From positions 1-39,534 of the IMG/VR virus record IMGVR_UViG_3300049485_000129: 39,534 nt of DNA, one strand, 5' to 3'. The notes beneath the pieces were generated by a model, which was not told the origin of the DNA, did not search any database, and worked only from the letters and a program-made list of their open reading frames with translations. The first letter of the stretch is position 1; every line of letters begins with the position of its first letter. This document shows positions 9,150-18,131 of this stretch, piece by piece. The position numbers and the translations under genes are program-made. Source of the DNA: a virus (taxonomy: Duplodnaviria; Caudoviricetes).

Positions 9150-10883
9150 ATGAATACTGACTCTATAGTTTTGATGACTGAAAATAATGAGATTGGGCAA
9201 ATTGATGAGCTTTTTGATTATCAATTATTAGACCAAGAGACGGCTACTTTTGTTCAAATTAAAACCGAGCAAATTAGGGAAAAGCATAGACTTGTTTTAA
9301 ATTCGATCATTGAAATCGGAGAAAAAATGATTGAGGTTAAAAACCGTTTGCCTCACGGGCAATTTGGAGCTTGGTTAAAAAATGAGCTTAAACTTTCTGG
9401 ACAAACTGCAAAGAATTATATGGATGCAGCTAAAAGCCATGAATGGGATGCTTTATCTCCCGAAAGTCAAGATAATATTGCTGTATCAGGACTGTATTAC
9501 TTGTCAAGTTCTAATATTTCCGCTGAGGTACGTCAAGAGGTTGTTGAACGTGCAAATAATGGTGAAAAAATCACTAAAAAGAAAGCTCAAGAAATAGCTA
9601 AAAAAGCTCAACATTCAACTATTGCCTACAAGGAAAAAGTTATCAACAATCAGTTACTTTCTGAGAATTTAACTCCTAGTAATGGCAATTTCAACAATGA
9701 GGATATAATCTATTCTGGAGAAGTTATGGAGTGGGTTTCTCCATCGGGGGAAACATTCACTTTAAAAGCTGGTGATAAGGTGACAAAATCGGGTGCGGTT
9801 CTTAATGATAAATCTAAAGTAATCGTTAAGTTACCTGATTTTCCTGCATCATCTGTTACGGTCGATTTAAGTGATTTGAATGCAGGTGCGCAATCATCAA
9901 GATTGCAATCACTAAAGCCACGGGAGTTTACTTTAAATCAGCCTGATAGCGACAAAAAATACGTTTTTTGTACTTTTTATGACAAGAATCATAAAAATCA
10001 GTATCGACTTGTTTTTAAGGGCAATATTTCGGACAATGGTACTCATACAGTGTATTTGGATGAATTGTCAGATCAACCAATAGAAGAATATGCAGAAAAT
10101 TTGCTAGGGAAAATTTACGCTGCTTATTTAGAAACTGTTGTTGAGGATGTTGAGGGCTGGAAAGTTGGGGACGCGGCTAAACTAATTGAGATTGATAATT
10201 CTCGGTATGAACAGTATGTTGGCCGTGTGGTGATGATCGACAAGGCTAAAGCAGATGGTTCTTTATGGGTTTATTTGACAGATTTACCAACTATAAGATT
10301 TTACGCACAACCATCTTATTTAATACCTGCATCTGAGTTTGATGAGTTTTTCCAGCTAAGTCCTGGTGAATTGGTTGTAGATAAAACTACTGAAAAACTT
10401 GGGGTTGTGTTGGCTAATATGGAAGGAACTGTTAAAATACGGTTTGCGAGCAGGATTATCAAAAATGATGATCCTGGTTTCTTTGAATTTGTTGCAAAGA
10501 GTGTTTTAAGTATGTCTGAAAATATTGACCAAATTGTTAATCTAGCCTGTGATGTATTCGATAACAAATATATCTTTTCTACAGGGGATTTTTCTGAAAA
10601 TCTTACTAATGAAAATCTTTTTGTTATCGGATTAAATTCCGAACAATGGGTTAATGATTTAATTGCTAAGATTGATAAGGGGCTTGTCAAAAATGCGATC
10701 GCGGTTGTTGACCTTCAACCTAATTCGATCTTTTGGCAAGAAGCCGTAAAAGCTGCGCATGGGGTATGTTTTTTACAAGGAGGACAAACATCGTTAACCG
10801 TGTTATTCTTTGGGCAATCAGAGATTTTTGTGAATTTTAAACGGGCTTTTAGTGTTGTCGGGGCTGTGTTAGAATTAGTTTAG
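9150..10883 (+). CDS. DUF3102-domain protein with a degenerate C-terminal adenine-MTase-like domain
   Basis: FDYQLLD...IIEIGEKMIEVKNRLPHGQFGAWL...TAKNYM (DUF3102). C-terminus NAIAVV...WQEAVKAAHGVCF...VLFFG...F...F...G resembles phage Dam C-termini without NPPY. Confidence 0.75.
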   Translation: MNTDSIVLMTENNEIGQIDELFDYQLLDQETATFVQIKTEQIREKHRLVLNSIIEIGEKMIEVKNRLPHGQFGAWLKNELKLSGQTAKNYMDAAKSHEWDALSPESQDNIAVSGLYYLSSSNISAEVRQEVVERANNGEKITKKKAQEIAKKAQHSTIAYKEKVINNQLLSENLTPSNGNFNNEDIIYSGEVMEWVSPSGETFTLKAGDKVTKSGAVLNDKSKVIVKLPDFPASSVTVDLSDLNAGAQSSRLQSLKPREFTLNQPDSDKKYVFCTFYDKNHKNQYRLVFKGNISDNGTHTVYLDELSDQPIEEYAENLLGKIYAAYLETVVEDVEGWKVGDAAKLIEIDNSRYEQYVGRVVMIDKAKADGSLWVYLTDLPTIRFYAQPSYLIPASEFDEFFQLSPGELVVDKTTEKLGVVLANMEGTVKIRFASRIIKNDDPGFFEFVAKSVLSMSENIDQIVNLACDVFDNKYIFSTGDFSENLTNENLFVIGLNSEQWVNDLIAKIDKGLVKNAIAVVDLQPNSIFWQEAVKAAHGVCFLQGGQTSLTVLFFGQSEIFVNFKRAFSVVGAVLELV

Positions 10884-10906
10884 TTAATGTATAGAGTATG
10901 TCGGTT

Positions 10907-10937
10907 AAAACCTAGTTTCTAAAAGCTAGGTTTTTTT
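10907..10937 (+). terminator. Intrinsic terminator of the early operon
   Basis: AAAACCTAGTTT-loop-AAAGCTAGGTTTTTTT. Confidence 0.7.
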
Positions 10938-11074
10938 CATTTAGTTATACGCGCGGGTATATTAAATGGTATTTTAAGGATAGACGTAATATTAGTGTTC
11001 CCGCCTTAATTGGTAGGACTTTACTTTTTTACGGTATAATATAGTAAGCAATTAATTCAATTATTTTTTAATAT

Positions 11075-11614
11075 ATGGCAAAACGTAGCATTATCGAAAC
11101 TATGGATCAAGAAATCCGGCGGCAATTGGATGAGAAGATCATTGCTAATGGATTTGGTAATTATGGGGAATTAAAGGATTGGCTGCATGAAAAGGGCTAT
11201 CACATTCAATCGACTTCAACTGTTCAAATTTATGGGAAAAAGTTGCAAACAAAAATTGAAGATGTAAAAAAAGCTATCGACTATGCTAAAGCTATTCAGG
11301 ATGTGGCCAGAGATGATGAGAATCTCTTGGCTGATTGCTTAAATAGCTTGGTTCAAGAGCGTTTATTTTCTGTTTTAGTTGAGTTGGGGGATGTTTCTTG
11401 TGAAGATGAGATTAATTTTAATGTTTTGATGAGATTAGCTAAAGTTATCCCCGCGCTTTCTGGTGCGTCTGTTCAGATTAAAAAACTTCAGATGGAAATA
11501 CGAAAACGCGCTACTTCTGTAAGTGAAGAGGTTGAAGGGATTGCTATTGAATCTGGTTTATCTGATAATGTTGTTAGCTTGATCAGGGATAAAATTCTTG
11601 GTATAGCTAATTAA
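11075..11614 (+). CDS. Mu gp27-like (DUF3486) putative terminase small subunit
   Basis: MAKRSII..RRQLDEKIIANGFGNYGELKDWL.EKGY.I.S...YG...GLSD...IRDKILGIA, typical of transposable phages. Confidence 0.8.
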   Translation: MAKRSIIETMDQEIRRQLDEKIIANGFGNYGELKDWLHEKGYHIQSTSTVQIYGKKLQTKIEDVKKAIDYAKAIQDVARDDENLLADCLNSLVQERLFSVLVELGDVSCEDEINFNVLMRLAKVIPALSGASVQIKKLQMEIRKRATSVSEEVEGIAIESGLSDNVVSLIRDKILGIAN

Positions 11615-11616
11615 TC

Positions 11617-11641
11617 CAAATTTCAAACCGTTTGAAATTTG
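11617..11641. repeat. Dispersed 25-bp palindrome, copy 2
   Basis: CAAATTTCAAACCGTTTGAAATTTG, 2 nt after a stop codon. Confidence 0.95.
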
Positions 11642-11664
11642 ACTAAAGAGATGAGAGGTTTGTT

Positions 11665-12027
11665 ATGATTTGCCCAAAATGTAATGGCAAAAATTTACAT
11701 CAATTAAAAGATGGTAGATTCTTGTGCAGGGATTGTGAAAATATTTTTGTGGCGGTGAAAGAGCCTGAGCAAAATGAACTTGAAGTTGAACCAATTAAGG
11801 TAATAATTGTCGATAATAAGGAGCAAATTACCTTAAGTAAGCTGTTTATAGTCTTTTGCTTGTGCTTCGGGATTTGGTGGCTTTTTTCTACGATGTATAA
11901 CGCTATTACGGCTGATCCTTTTGGTGGTAAAAGAAGAGTAGAGGAGGCTAGGCAACTTAATGAAGAAATGAAAAAAGTTAATCAATGTCGTACATCTCCT
12001 AATTACAGTGAATGTATGAGAAAATAA
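11665..12027 (+). CDS. Zinc-ribbon single-pass membrane protein
   Basis: CPKC...CRDC followed by hydrophobic LFIVFCLCFGIWWLF. Confidence 0.7.
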   Translation: MICPKCNGKNLHQLKDGRFLCRDCENIFVAVKEPEQNELEVEPIKVIIVDNKEQITLSKLFIVFCLCFGIWWLFSTMYNAITADPFGGKRRVEEARQLNEEMKKVNQCRTSPNYSECMRK

Positions 12028-12121
12028 ATAATTTTTAATAAAAAATCACTGGTTTTTGAATTGTTTAAAAACCAGTGATAGGTTAAGATTAAGTGAGTGT
12101 AACTTAATTTAATTTTAACAC

Positions 12122-13369
12122 ATGAATAGTCAAACAATTAAACCAATTATTGGAAGAGTGGGCGGAAAATGGAGAATCTCTAAATGGGTTATTGAACACA
12201 TTAAAAGATTTGAATGGTCGTTATATGTTGAGCCATTCTGTGGTAGTGCAGCAATCTATTTTCAATTACTTAATGAGGGTATTCCTGAATTAATTAAAAG
12301 TCGTGGACATCACCCGCGATTTGTTCTTAATGATATGGATTCTAAAATTATGAGTCTGTATCGTTGTTGCCGTGATTTTCCTGAGTTGTTAGCTTATGCT
12401 GTGTATTTTACTCCCTATAGTAGAGAGGAACATAGAGAAGCTCAAAAAGGTGAAGCCGTTGATGATTTGATTGAAATGTGCGATCGGTATTTAGTTGAGA
12501 ATAAGCAATCACAAAGCCATGAAGGTGGTTGGAGTTTTGATAAGTTTAAAGACGGTAATGATACTAAAGAAAATATTAATCAGTGGAATAAATCTCAAAG
12601 ATATTTAAGAGCGTCGCAACATTTAGGAAAGCAATTTAACGAGCTTAAACAAGGCATTGAATTGATACCTGACGCTAATATCAGAAAACAATCTCAACTA
12701 GCTTTAGATGCGATTTTAGCTGAGGTACAGAAAACTTTAGAAACTGATATTAGGGTAGAGTTTGTGAGAAAGTTTTTATGTGATGATTTACAATCGTTTA
12801 AAGCTGAAGCTGGCGGAACTTGGGGAATGGCAAAAGATAAAAATATTAACCCTGCTGGTGGATCACATTCATTAAATAAACCCGATTATTTTACTTATAG
12901 AACATTAAGAGATAATGACAATAATTCGAGGCTTTTAACAGCGTCATCTCACTTACAAGAAATATCAGAACTCAAAAAAGTCTATCTTGAAAATGATGAT
13001 TTTGAAAAGGTTTGCAGACGTTGGGCAACACCGCACACACTAACGTATTTAGATCCCCCATATTTTGGAAAAGAGGATTATTATTCAGAAAAGTTCACTA
13101 AAGAATGTCACTTGAGATTATGTCAGATGGCACACGAATTAGAAGGACAGGTAATTATTTCCTATTATCCACATCCTGAGATTATGGCAATGTATTCAGA
13201 GAGTGATTGGGAGTTTCATTACAAGGAAACTGTGGCAAGTAGCGTGGGTATTACTAGAAATTCTAAAACTAAAACTCGCCCAAAAAGAACAGAATTATTA
13301 CTTGTTAGAAAAAATAGGAATGTCGATAAAATCAGTGTTAACTTATCAGGACAAATGAGGTTATTTTAA
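12122..13369 (+). CDS. Dam-like (D12 class) DNA adenine methyltransferase
   Basis: GGKWR, YVEPFCGS, VLND, YLDPPY, TELLL motifs. Confidence 0.88.
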   Translation: MNSQTIKPIIGRVGGKWRISKWVIEHIKRFEWSLYVEPFCGSAAIYFQLLNEGIPELIKSRGHHPRFVLNDMDSKIMSLYRCCRDFPELLAYAVYFTPYSREEHREAQKGEAVDDLIEMCDRYLVENKQSQSHEGGWSFDKFKDGNDTKENINQWNKSQRYLRASQHLGKQFNELKQGIELIPDANIRKQSQLALDAILAEVQKTLETDIRVEFVRKFLCDDLQSFKAEAGGTWGMAKDKNINPAGGSHSLNKPDYFTYRTLRDNDNNSRLLTASSHLQEISELKKVYLENDDFEKVCRRWATPHTLTYLDPPYFGKEDYYSEKFTKECHLRLCQMAHELEGQVIISYYPHPEIMAMYSESDWEFHYKETVASSVGITRNSKTKTRPKRTELLLVRKNRNVDKISVNLSGQMRLF

Positions 13370-13372
13370 ATT

Positions 13373-13507
13373 ATGAGCAATAAAGAAAAGAAACAAAACA
13401 AGTGCATTAGTAAATGTAATCTTACAAAAATAGTTACCGAGCAGAAAGAGTTTTATTTTTGCTCAAGCTGTAATGGATTATATCCTGTACAATCTAATAA
13501 TCAATAA
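13373..13507 (+). CDS. 44-aa cysteine-rich protein
   Basis: MSNKEKKQNKCISKC...YFCSSCNGLYP; fills the gap between the MTase and terminase genes. Confidence 0.45.
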   Translation: MSNKEKKQNKCISKCNLTKIVTEQKEFYFCSSCNGLYPVQSNNQ

Positions 13508-13530
13508 TCTAATTATCAAATTTTAAAATT

Positions 13531-14967
13531 ATGGAAAATCATGTTTTATTAGAATATCAAAAACGGTGGATTGCAGATAAAGCTACTGTGAAAATATGTG
13601 AAAAGTCCCGCCGTATTGGTCTTTCATGGACTGAGGCTGCTGATTCTGCTCTATTGGCTGCTTCTCAAAAAGGTATGGACGTTTTTTATATTGGATATAA
13701 TAAAGAAATGTCTGAAGAGTTTATTAGCGATGTGGCTTTTTGGGCTAAAAATTATCAATTAGCTGCTTCGGAAGTTGAACAGGAAATCGTTAAAGATGAG
13801 CGAAAAGACATTTTAACTTTTAGGGTGCGTTTTGCTTCTGGTTTTAAGGTTGTCGCTTTAAGTTCCCGGCCTTCAAATTTACGGGGAAGGCAGGGAAAAG
13901 CTATTATTGATGAGGCCGCTTTTCATGAGGATTTAAAAGAATTGCAAAAGGCTGCTTATGCGTTTTTAATGTGGGGCGGTAAGGTTTCTATTATTAGCAC
14001 TCATAATGGCGTGGAGTCGGAATTTAATGAGCTAATAACAGATGTTCGGGCGGGAAAATTGCCGTATTCTATTCATAAAGTTACTCTTGATGATGCTTTA
14101 GACGAGGGGCTATATAGAAGAATTTGTTTGACTAATAATCAAAAGTATTCTAAAGATTTGGAGATTAAATGGAGGCAAGATTTAATTGATTTTTATGGGG
14201 ATGGTGCAGATGAAGAATTGTTTTGTATTCCCCGTCATAGTGGTGGTGCTTATTTTTCGAGAGTATTAGTTGAGTCAATTATGTCTAAAGATTTATCTAT
14301 TATTAGATATAAATTAAGTGATGATTTCGCCCTTTTACCTGACAGACAAAGAGAGTATGATTGTCATCAATGGTTACGGGAATCAATATTCCCTGAATTA
14401 GAAAAGTTTGGCTATGGTAATTGTTATTTGGGTTTTGATTTTGCTCGTTCTGGAGATTTATCTGTTTTAATGATTGGTCAGGAACAAGAAAATTTAACTT
14501 TAAAGGTTTTTCTAACTTTAGAAATGCGTAATATTCCGTTTAAGCAACAGGAACAGATTTTATTTTCTGTGTGCGATCGCTTGCCAAAGTTCGCTGGGGG
14601 ATCTATCGATGCCAGAGGAAATGGTCAATATTTGGCGGAGGTAATGGGCGATCGCTACAAAGGTAAAATTACCCAAGTACAAATATCTAATAAATGGTAT
14701 CAGGAGGCTTTTCCAAAGTACAAGGCGGCCATTGAGGATAAAAAGATTATGCTGCCGGCAAGTGCTGATTTACTTCAGGATCATCGAATGATTATGGTTG
14801 ACAAGGGTGTGCCAAAGGCTATGGATAAACGGGTACGGGGATTAGATGGGGGTTTTAGGCATTCTGATGGCGCGATCGCTGCTTGTTTATTATGGTGGTC
14901 AATCTCTCAGAATAATAAACCTGTTTTTAGTCCTGATTTTGGTTTTATTGATCCTAGTTGGGGTTAA
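13531..14967 (+). CDS. terL: Terminase large subunit, Mu gp28-like
   Basis: LLEYQKRW, EKSRRIGLSW, NLRGRQG, IIDEAAFH, ISTHNG, GFDFARSGD, RHSDGAIA. Confidence 0.92.
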   Translation: MENHVLLEYQKRWIADKATVKICEKSRRIGLSWTEAADSALLAASQKGMDVFYIGYNKEMSEEFISDVAFWAKNYQLAASEVEQEIVKDERKDILTFRVRFASGFKVVALSSRPSNLRGRQGKAIIDEAAFHEDLKELQKAAYAFLMWGGKVSIISTHNGVESEFNELITDVRAGKLPYSIHKVTLDDALDEGLYRRICLTNNQKYSKDLEIKWRQDLIDFYGDGADEELFCIPRHSGGAYFSRVLVESIMSKDLSIIRYKLSDDFALLPDRQREYDCHQWLRESIFPELEKFGYGNCYLGFDFARSGDLSVLMIGQEQENLTLKVFLTLEMRNIPFKQQEQILFSVCDRLPKFAGGSIDARGNGQYLAEVMGDRYKGKITQVQISNKWYQEAFPKYKAAIEDKKIMLPASADLLQDHRMIMVDKGVPKAMDKRVRGLDGGFRHSDGAIAACLLWWSISQNNKPVFSPDFGFIDPSWG

Positions 14968-15053
14968 CGCTTAAAAATTAAGCTAAACCAAAAAGGTTTT
15001 TTTCTGGGTTTATTGGGTGCGTAATTTCTACCCAAATTAAACCAGAGATTAAT

Positions 15054-15422
15054 ATGTATTATGACCAGAAATATGCGGCTATTCTTAAGGCAATGGAAAT
15101 GACACTTAAAGGAAATAGATACTTAATCTCTAGTTCTTTAATTCCTGATAATGATGTTAAGGAAGATTATTTAGTAGAGGATTTTCCTACTTGGCTTTAT
15201 GGTTGGGGATGTAAAGACAGAGGAAATCATCAAGAAGCTACGAGAGTACATAAGGTGTTGAAATTGTTTAAAAATGCCGCTATTTATTGTCCGAAAGGCG
15301 ACATGGAGACATCTATTCAAAAGCATGGATACGCTTCTAATGGCGATATATTGTATGTTATTCATGCTCTTAAAAATCTTGATTTTGAATTAGTACGCCA
15401 TATTGTTAAAGACTTTTGCTAA
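15054..15422 (+). CDS. Hypothetical protein
   Basis: 122-aa ORF followed by a terminator hairpin at 15439-15472. Confidence 0.6.
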   Translation: MYYDQKYAAILKAMEMTLKGNRYLISSSLIPDNDVKEDYLVEDFPTWLYGWGCKDRGNHQEATRVHKVLKLFKNAAIYCPKGDMETSIQKHGYASNGDILYVIHALKNLDFELVRHIVKDFC

Positions 15423-15508
15423 ATGTTTAGGCAAAATGAAAAGCGGTGAAAGTTAAATTTTCATCGCTTTTTAGTGTTAAAATAGAGTGTTGTTAAAATA
15501 TTAAAACT

Positions 15509-15712
15509 ATGCAGGAAGTAAAAATACCGAAATACGCGAAATTAAAGTTTGATGAGTTGCCAAAAAATGCTGATATTGGTCTTTATTATTATCTTATTTT
15601 AGAGAATTTTTGGGTTAGATTTAACGGGACTGATTGGATTCAAACTAAAATATCAATTGAACAAGAAATGAATCTTATGAGAAATAATGAGCATTATATA
15701 ACTAAAGAATAG
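15509..15712 (+). CDS. Hypothetical protein
   Basis: ORF between two terminator hairpins. Confidence 0.55.
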   Translation: MQEVKIPKYAKLKFDELPKNADIGLYYYLILENFWVRFNGTDWIQTKISIEQEMNLMRNNEHYITKE

Positions 15713-15720
15713 TTACCAAT

Positions 15721-15754
15721 AAAAAGCGATAAGATTAAGTTCTTATCGCTTTTT
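15721..15754. terminator. Bidirectional intrinsic terminator
   Basis: AAAAAGCGATAAGA-TTAAGT-TCTTATCGCTTTTT between convergent genes. Confidence 0.8.
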
Positions 15755-15762
15755 ATTGGTAA

Positions 15763-16242
15763 CTAATTATTGCATTTCTTCTTTCTATAATTTTCTGGTA
15801 AGCATGGATTGGATTGATTCCAAAAGTTTAATCTTTGTTTTTTCGCCTGTTCTTCTGCTTTCAGAAAATCTGATTTAGAATTAGGACAAGCGTTCAAATA
15901 TTGACGATATACTACGGCATGACCTTCAGAAACCATTTGTAAGTTAACAAACTTTTGCCCATTAAATATAGCTGCTATGGTACGGCCATAACGATCTTTT
16001 TTCGCTCCAACTATTTGGATTTTCGCGCCAGGCGGGATTAATTCTGATAATCTTTTTTTGGCTAAATCACCACTATTTTGAGATGATTCAGGTGCATCAA
16101 TACAGGCTAATCTAACTTTTGTATTGCCATCGGTAACAATGGTGTCACCATCGATTATACGGGTTACTGTTGCTGTTTGTGATAGTACGGGCATGATTGT
16201 TATCAATAATAACAGCGATGCTAATGAGAGTGATTTGAGCAT
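15763..16242 (-). CDS. Thermonuclease (SNase family) with signal peptide
   Basis: IIDGDT, VRLACIDAPE, DRYGRTIA, VNLQMVSEGHA; likely start MLKSLSL at 16242. Confidence 0.92.
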   Translation of the reverse strand: MLKSLSLASLLLLITIMPVLSQTATVTRIIDGDTIVTDGNTKVRLACIDAPESSQNSGDLAKKRLSELIPPGAKIQIVGAKKDRYGRTIAAIFNGQKFVNLQMVSEGHAVVYRQYLNACPNSKSDFLKAEEQAKKQRLNFWNQSNPCLPENYRKKKCNN

Positions 16243-16316
16243 ATTTTTGATTTGGTTGCTTAATTTATTTGTCACATACAAAATGCTGAATTGATAATTG
16301 ATTGTTGTCATAAGAA

Positions 16317-16583
16317 TTATTCAAAAAAACTACCTTCTTCTACATCTTCAAATCCAAGTAAAATTAAGTATTCTACTAATTTCTCGATATTGATATAAAA
16401 ATCACCATCTTCATCGAACCACTCACTTTGGTATTGAAAGTCGATAAACTCACCATCCCATGTGTCTATAATGTACAAATAACGCCCTTTTTCAGTAACT
16501 CCCATGCACTCTAACCACGATGGGTGATCACTAGCTAAATAACCCCACGAATAGTCACTATAAAACTTCATTGGTTTCCTCAT
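16317..16583 (-). CDS. Hypothetical acidic protein
   Basis: ORF in the minus-strand run. Confidence 0.6.
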   Translation of the reverse strand: MRKPMKFYSDYSWGYLASDHPSWLECMGVTEKGRYLYIIDTWDGEFIDFQYQSEWFDEDGDFYINIEKLVEYLILLGFEDVEEGSFFE

Positions 16584-16608
16584 TTTGTTGTGAATAAGAT
16601 AATTTTAA

Positions 16609-17049
16609 TTAGACATGAACCCAGCTTTTTTCGTGTTTGATATCACTAACTATCCTATCTGAGATATTAAACATTTTAGCTATTTCTACCTGTTTCATGT
16701 TACCTTCTCCTAAGAGATATTTAATTTCCCTTGCGGTACTTTCATCTATTTTCGCATTATACCTTTGGGATCCTTTTTGTGGATTATCGATTTTTAAATT
16801 ATCATCTGTATATAGATGATCAGGGTTAAGGCAACTCCTGTTTTTGCAACTATGTAATACAAACTTATCTCTGGGAATTTCCCCTATATAGGTTTGATAT
16901 GAAAATCTGGTACTCATTAAAACTACGCCAGGGGAAACACAGATAGTTAAACCTGTTTTTTTGGCTATCCAGCATCCTTTAGGATTGTTACCTTTATCGA
17001 TTAATAACTTATCAATTCTTTCTTTGGGGGTTAATCTTTTGTTTGGCAT
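16609..17049 (-). CDS. HNH endonuclease-like protein with C-terminal HTH
   Basis: GCW...VLHSCKNRSCLNPDHL, then KGS..YNAKI...QVEIAKMFNIS...W.HV. Confidence 0.8.
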   Translation of the reverse strand: MPNKRLTPKERIDKLLIDKGNNPKGCWIAKKTGLTICVSPGVVLMSTRFSYQTYIGEIPRDKFVLHSCKNRSCLNPDHLYTDDNLKIDNPQKGSQRYNAKIDESTAREIKYLLGEGNMKQVEIAKMFNISDRIVSDIKHEKSWVHV

Positions 17050-17134
17050 ATCTGGTATGATTGTGTTAATGGTTTGGTATTTTAAACCTAGTTTACAAAA
17101 ACTAGGTTTTTTGTTTGATTGACGTTCAAAACAA

Positions 17135-17371
17135 TTAGCTTTCTAAGTTCAAATAATCCATTTTCCGATTAAACTCTTCATCAGTTTTCGCGTATTCAGC
17201 TTCCCACGTTAAATTTTTCTCTTGTATTTTGGTAGGGTTAATACAAGGTTTTCCCCGTGCGATCGCGTAAATACAAACTCGATTGTACAGTTTAATTGTG
17301 TCCCATTTTCCCTGTCTTAAAATAGCTTGGCAACCGTCAATCGTTGTGGTGCAGGTTGGGCATTTTGCCAT
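17135..17371 (-). CDS. Hypothetical Cys-containing protein
   Basis: CPTC...RVC...CINP. Confidence 0.6.
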   Translation of the reverse strand: MAKCPTCTTTIDGCQAILRQGKWDTIKLYNRVCIYAIARGKPCINPTKIQEKNLTWEAEYAKTDEEFNRKMDYLNLES

Positions 17372-17413
17372 GATTGAAATCCTTTATTTGTGGAATAGGT
17401 AATTATTGCCAAA

Positions 17414-17827
17414 TTAAGTATTATTTATTCGTCTATTGGTTTGAATTAATAATTGAGATAACTCCTTTATTTCTTGAATAGAATAACTTGGCTTTTTCAA
17501 TAAGAAATTGTCTTGATGTTTATCTGTGACAAATAACAAATTATCAAAAATAGCTGAATTATTCTGATAAAGTAAGAGCATTTTAAATTTAAACTCTCTA
17601 GTAACAGAACCTTTATACTCTAAATAAATATTGATTTCAGGGAGATAAAAATCAACTTTCCAATAAACTGGTTTAATGACTTTATCTCCCGGAAAAATCA
17701 ATATTTTTTCTTGGCAAACAATATTTTTAAATCCGAGTGATTTAATAGCAACGTAAAGATTACTTTCAGCAACTGAATCAAAAGAGATGTTATCAATTTC
17801 TCTTTTCGTTGCGCGATATTTGTTCAT
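17414..17827 (-). CDS. DUF1064-like PD-(D/E)XK nuclease
   Basis: MNKYRA.K..IDNISFDS..E...YWKVDF...LEYKG..TREFK.K. Confidence 0.75.
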   Translation of the reverse strand: MNKYRATKREIDNISFDSVAESNLYVAIKSLGFKNIVCQEKILIFPGDKVIKPVYWKVDFYLPEINIYLEYKGSVTREFKFKMLLLYQNNSAIFDNLLFVTDKHQDNFLLKKPSYSIQEIKELSQLLIQTNRRINNT

Positions 17828-18061
17828 TTATTCTTCCGATTCATCTGTTTTTGGATTATTACGAATAAGTCTAATTGTGGTTGTGTATTCTTCATCATCT
17901 TCTTCTGCTTGCAATTGCGCTGCCAACGCTTTACCAATTTGAGAGTAGCTATAAAATGTATAAACCACTTCAGCTATGTTTTTATTTGTAATTTTCGTAC
18001 CTTTTTCTTTTTGTGTATCTAGCTTTGGTAAATCGATAATTGCGGTTACTTTGACTTTCAT
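17828..18061 (-). CDS. Small acidic protein, paralog of 27216-27443 and 27525-27749
   Basis: Shared MKV.V...I(D/E)L..LD.......I......E....FY pattern. Confidence 0.65.
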   Translation of the reverse strand: MKVKVTAIIDLPKLDTQKEKGTKITNKNIAEVVYTFYSYSQIGKALAAQLQAEEDDEEYTTTIRLIRNNPKTDESEE

Positions 18062-18131
18062 ATTTGCTCCTTTTCTTAAGGTTTATTTGAAAAACATTAT
18101 ATACTATTTTTAATGTTTTTTGGTTTTTATT

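Noticed and set aside
10907-17112. AAACCTAGTTT hairpins at 10907 and 17084 as a second operator family
   Set aside because: Both have a loop and a U tract and are adequately explained as related intrinsic terminators.
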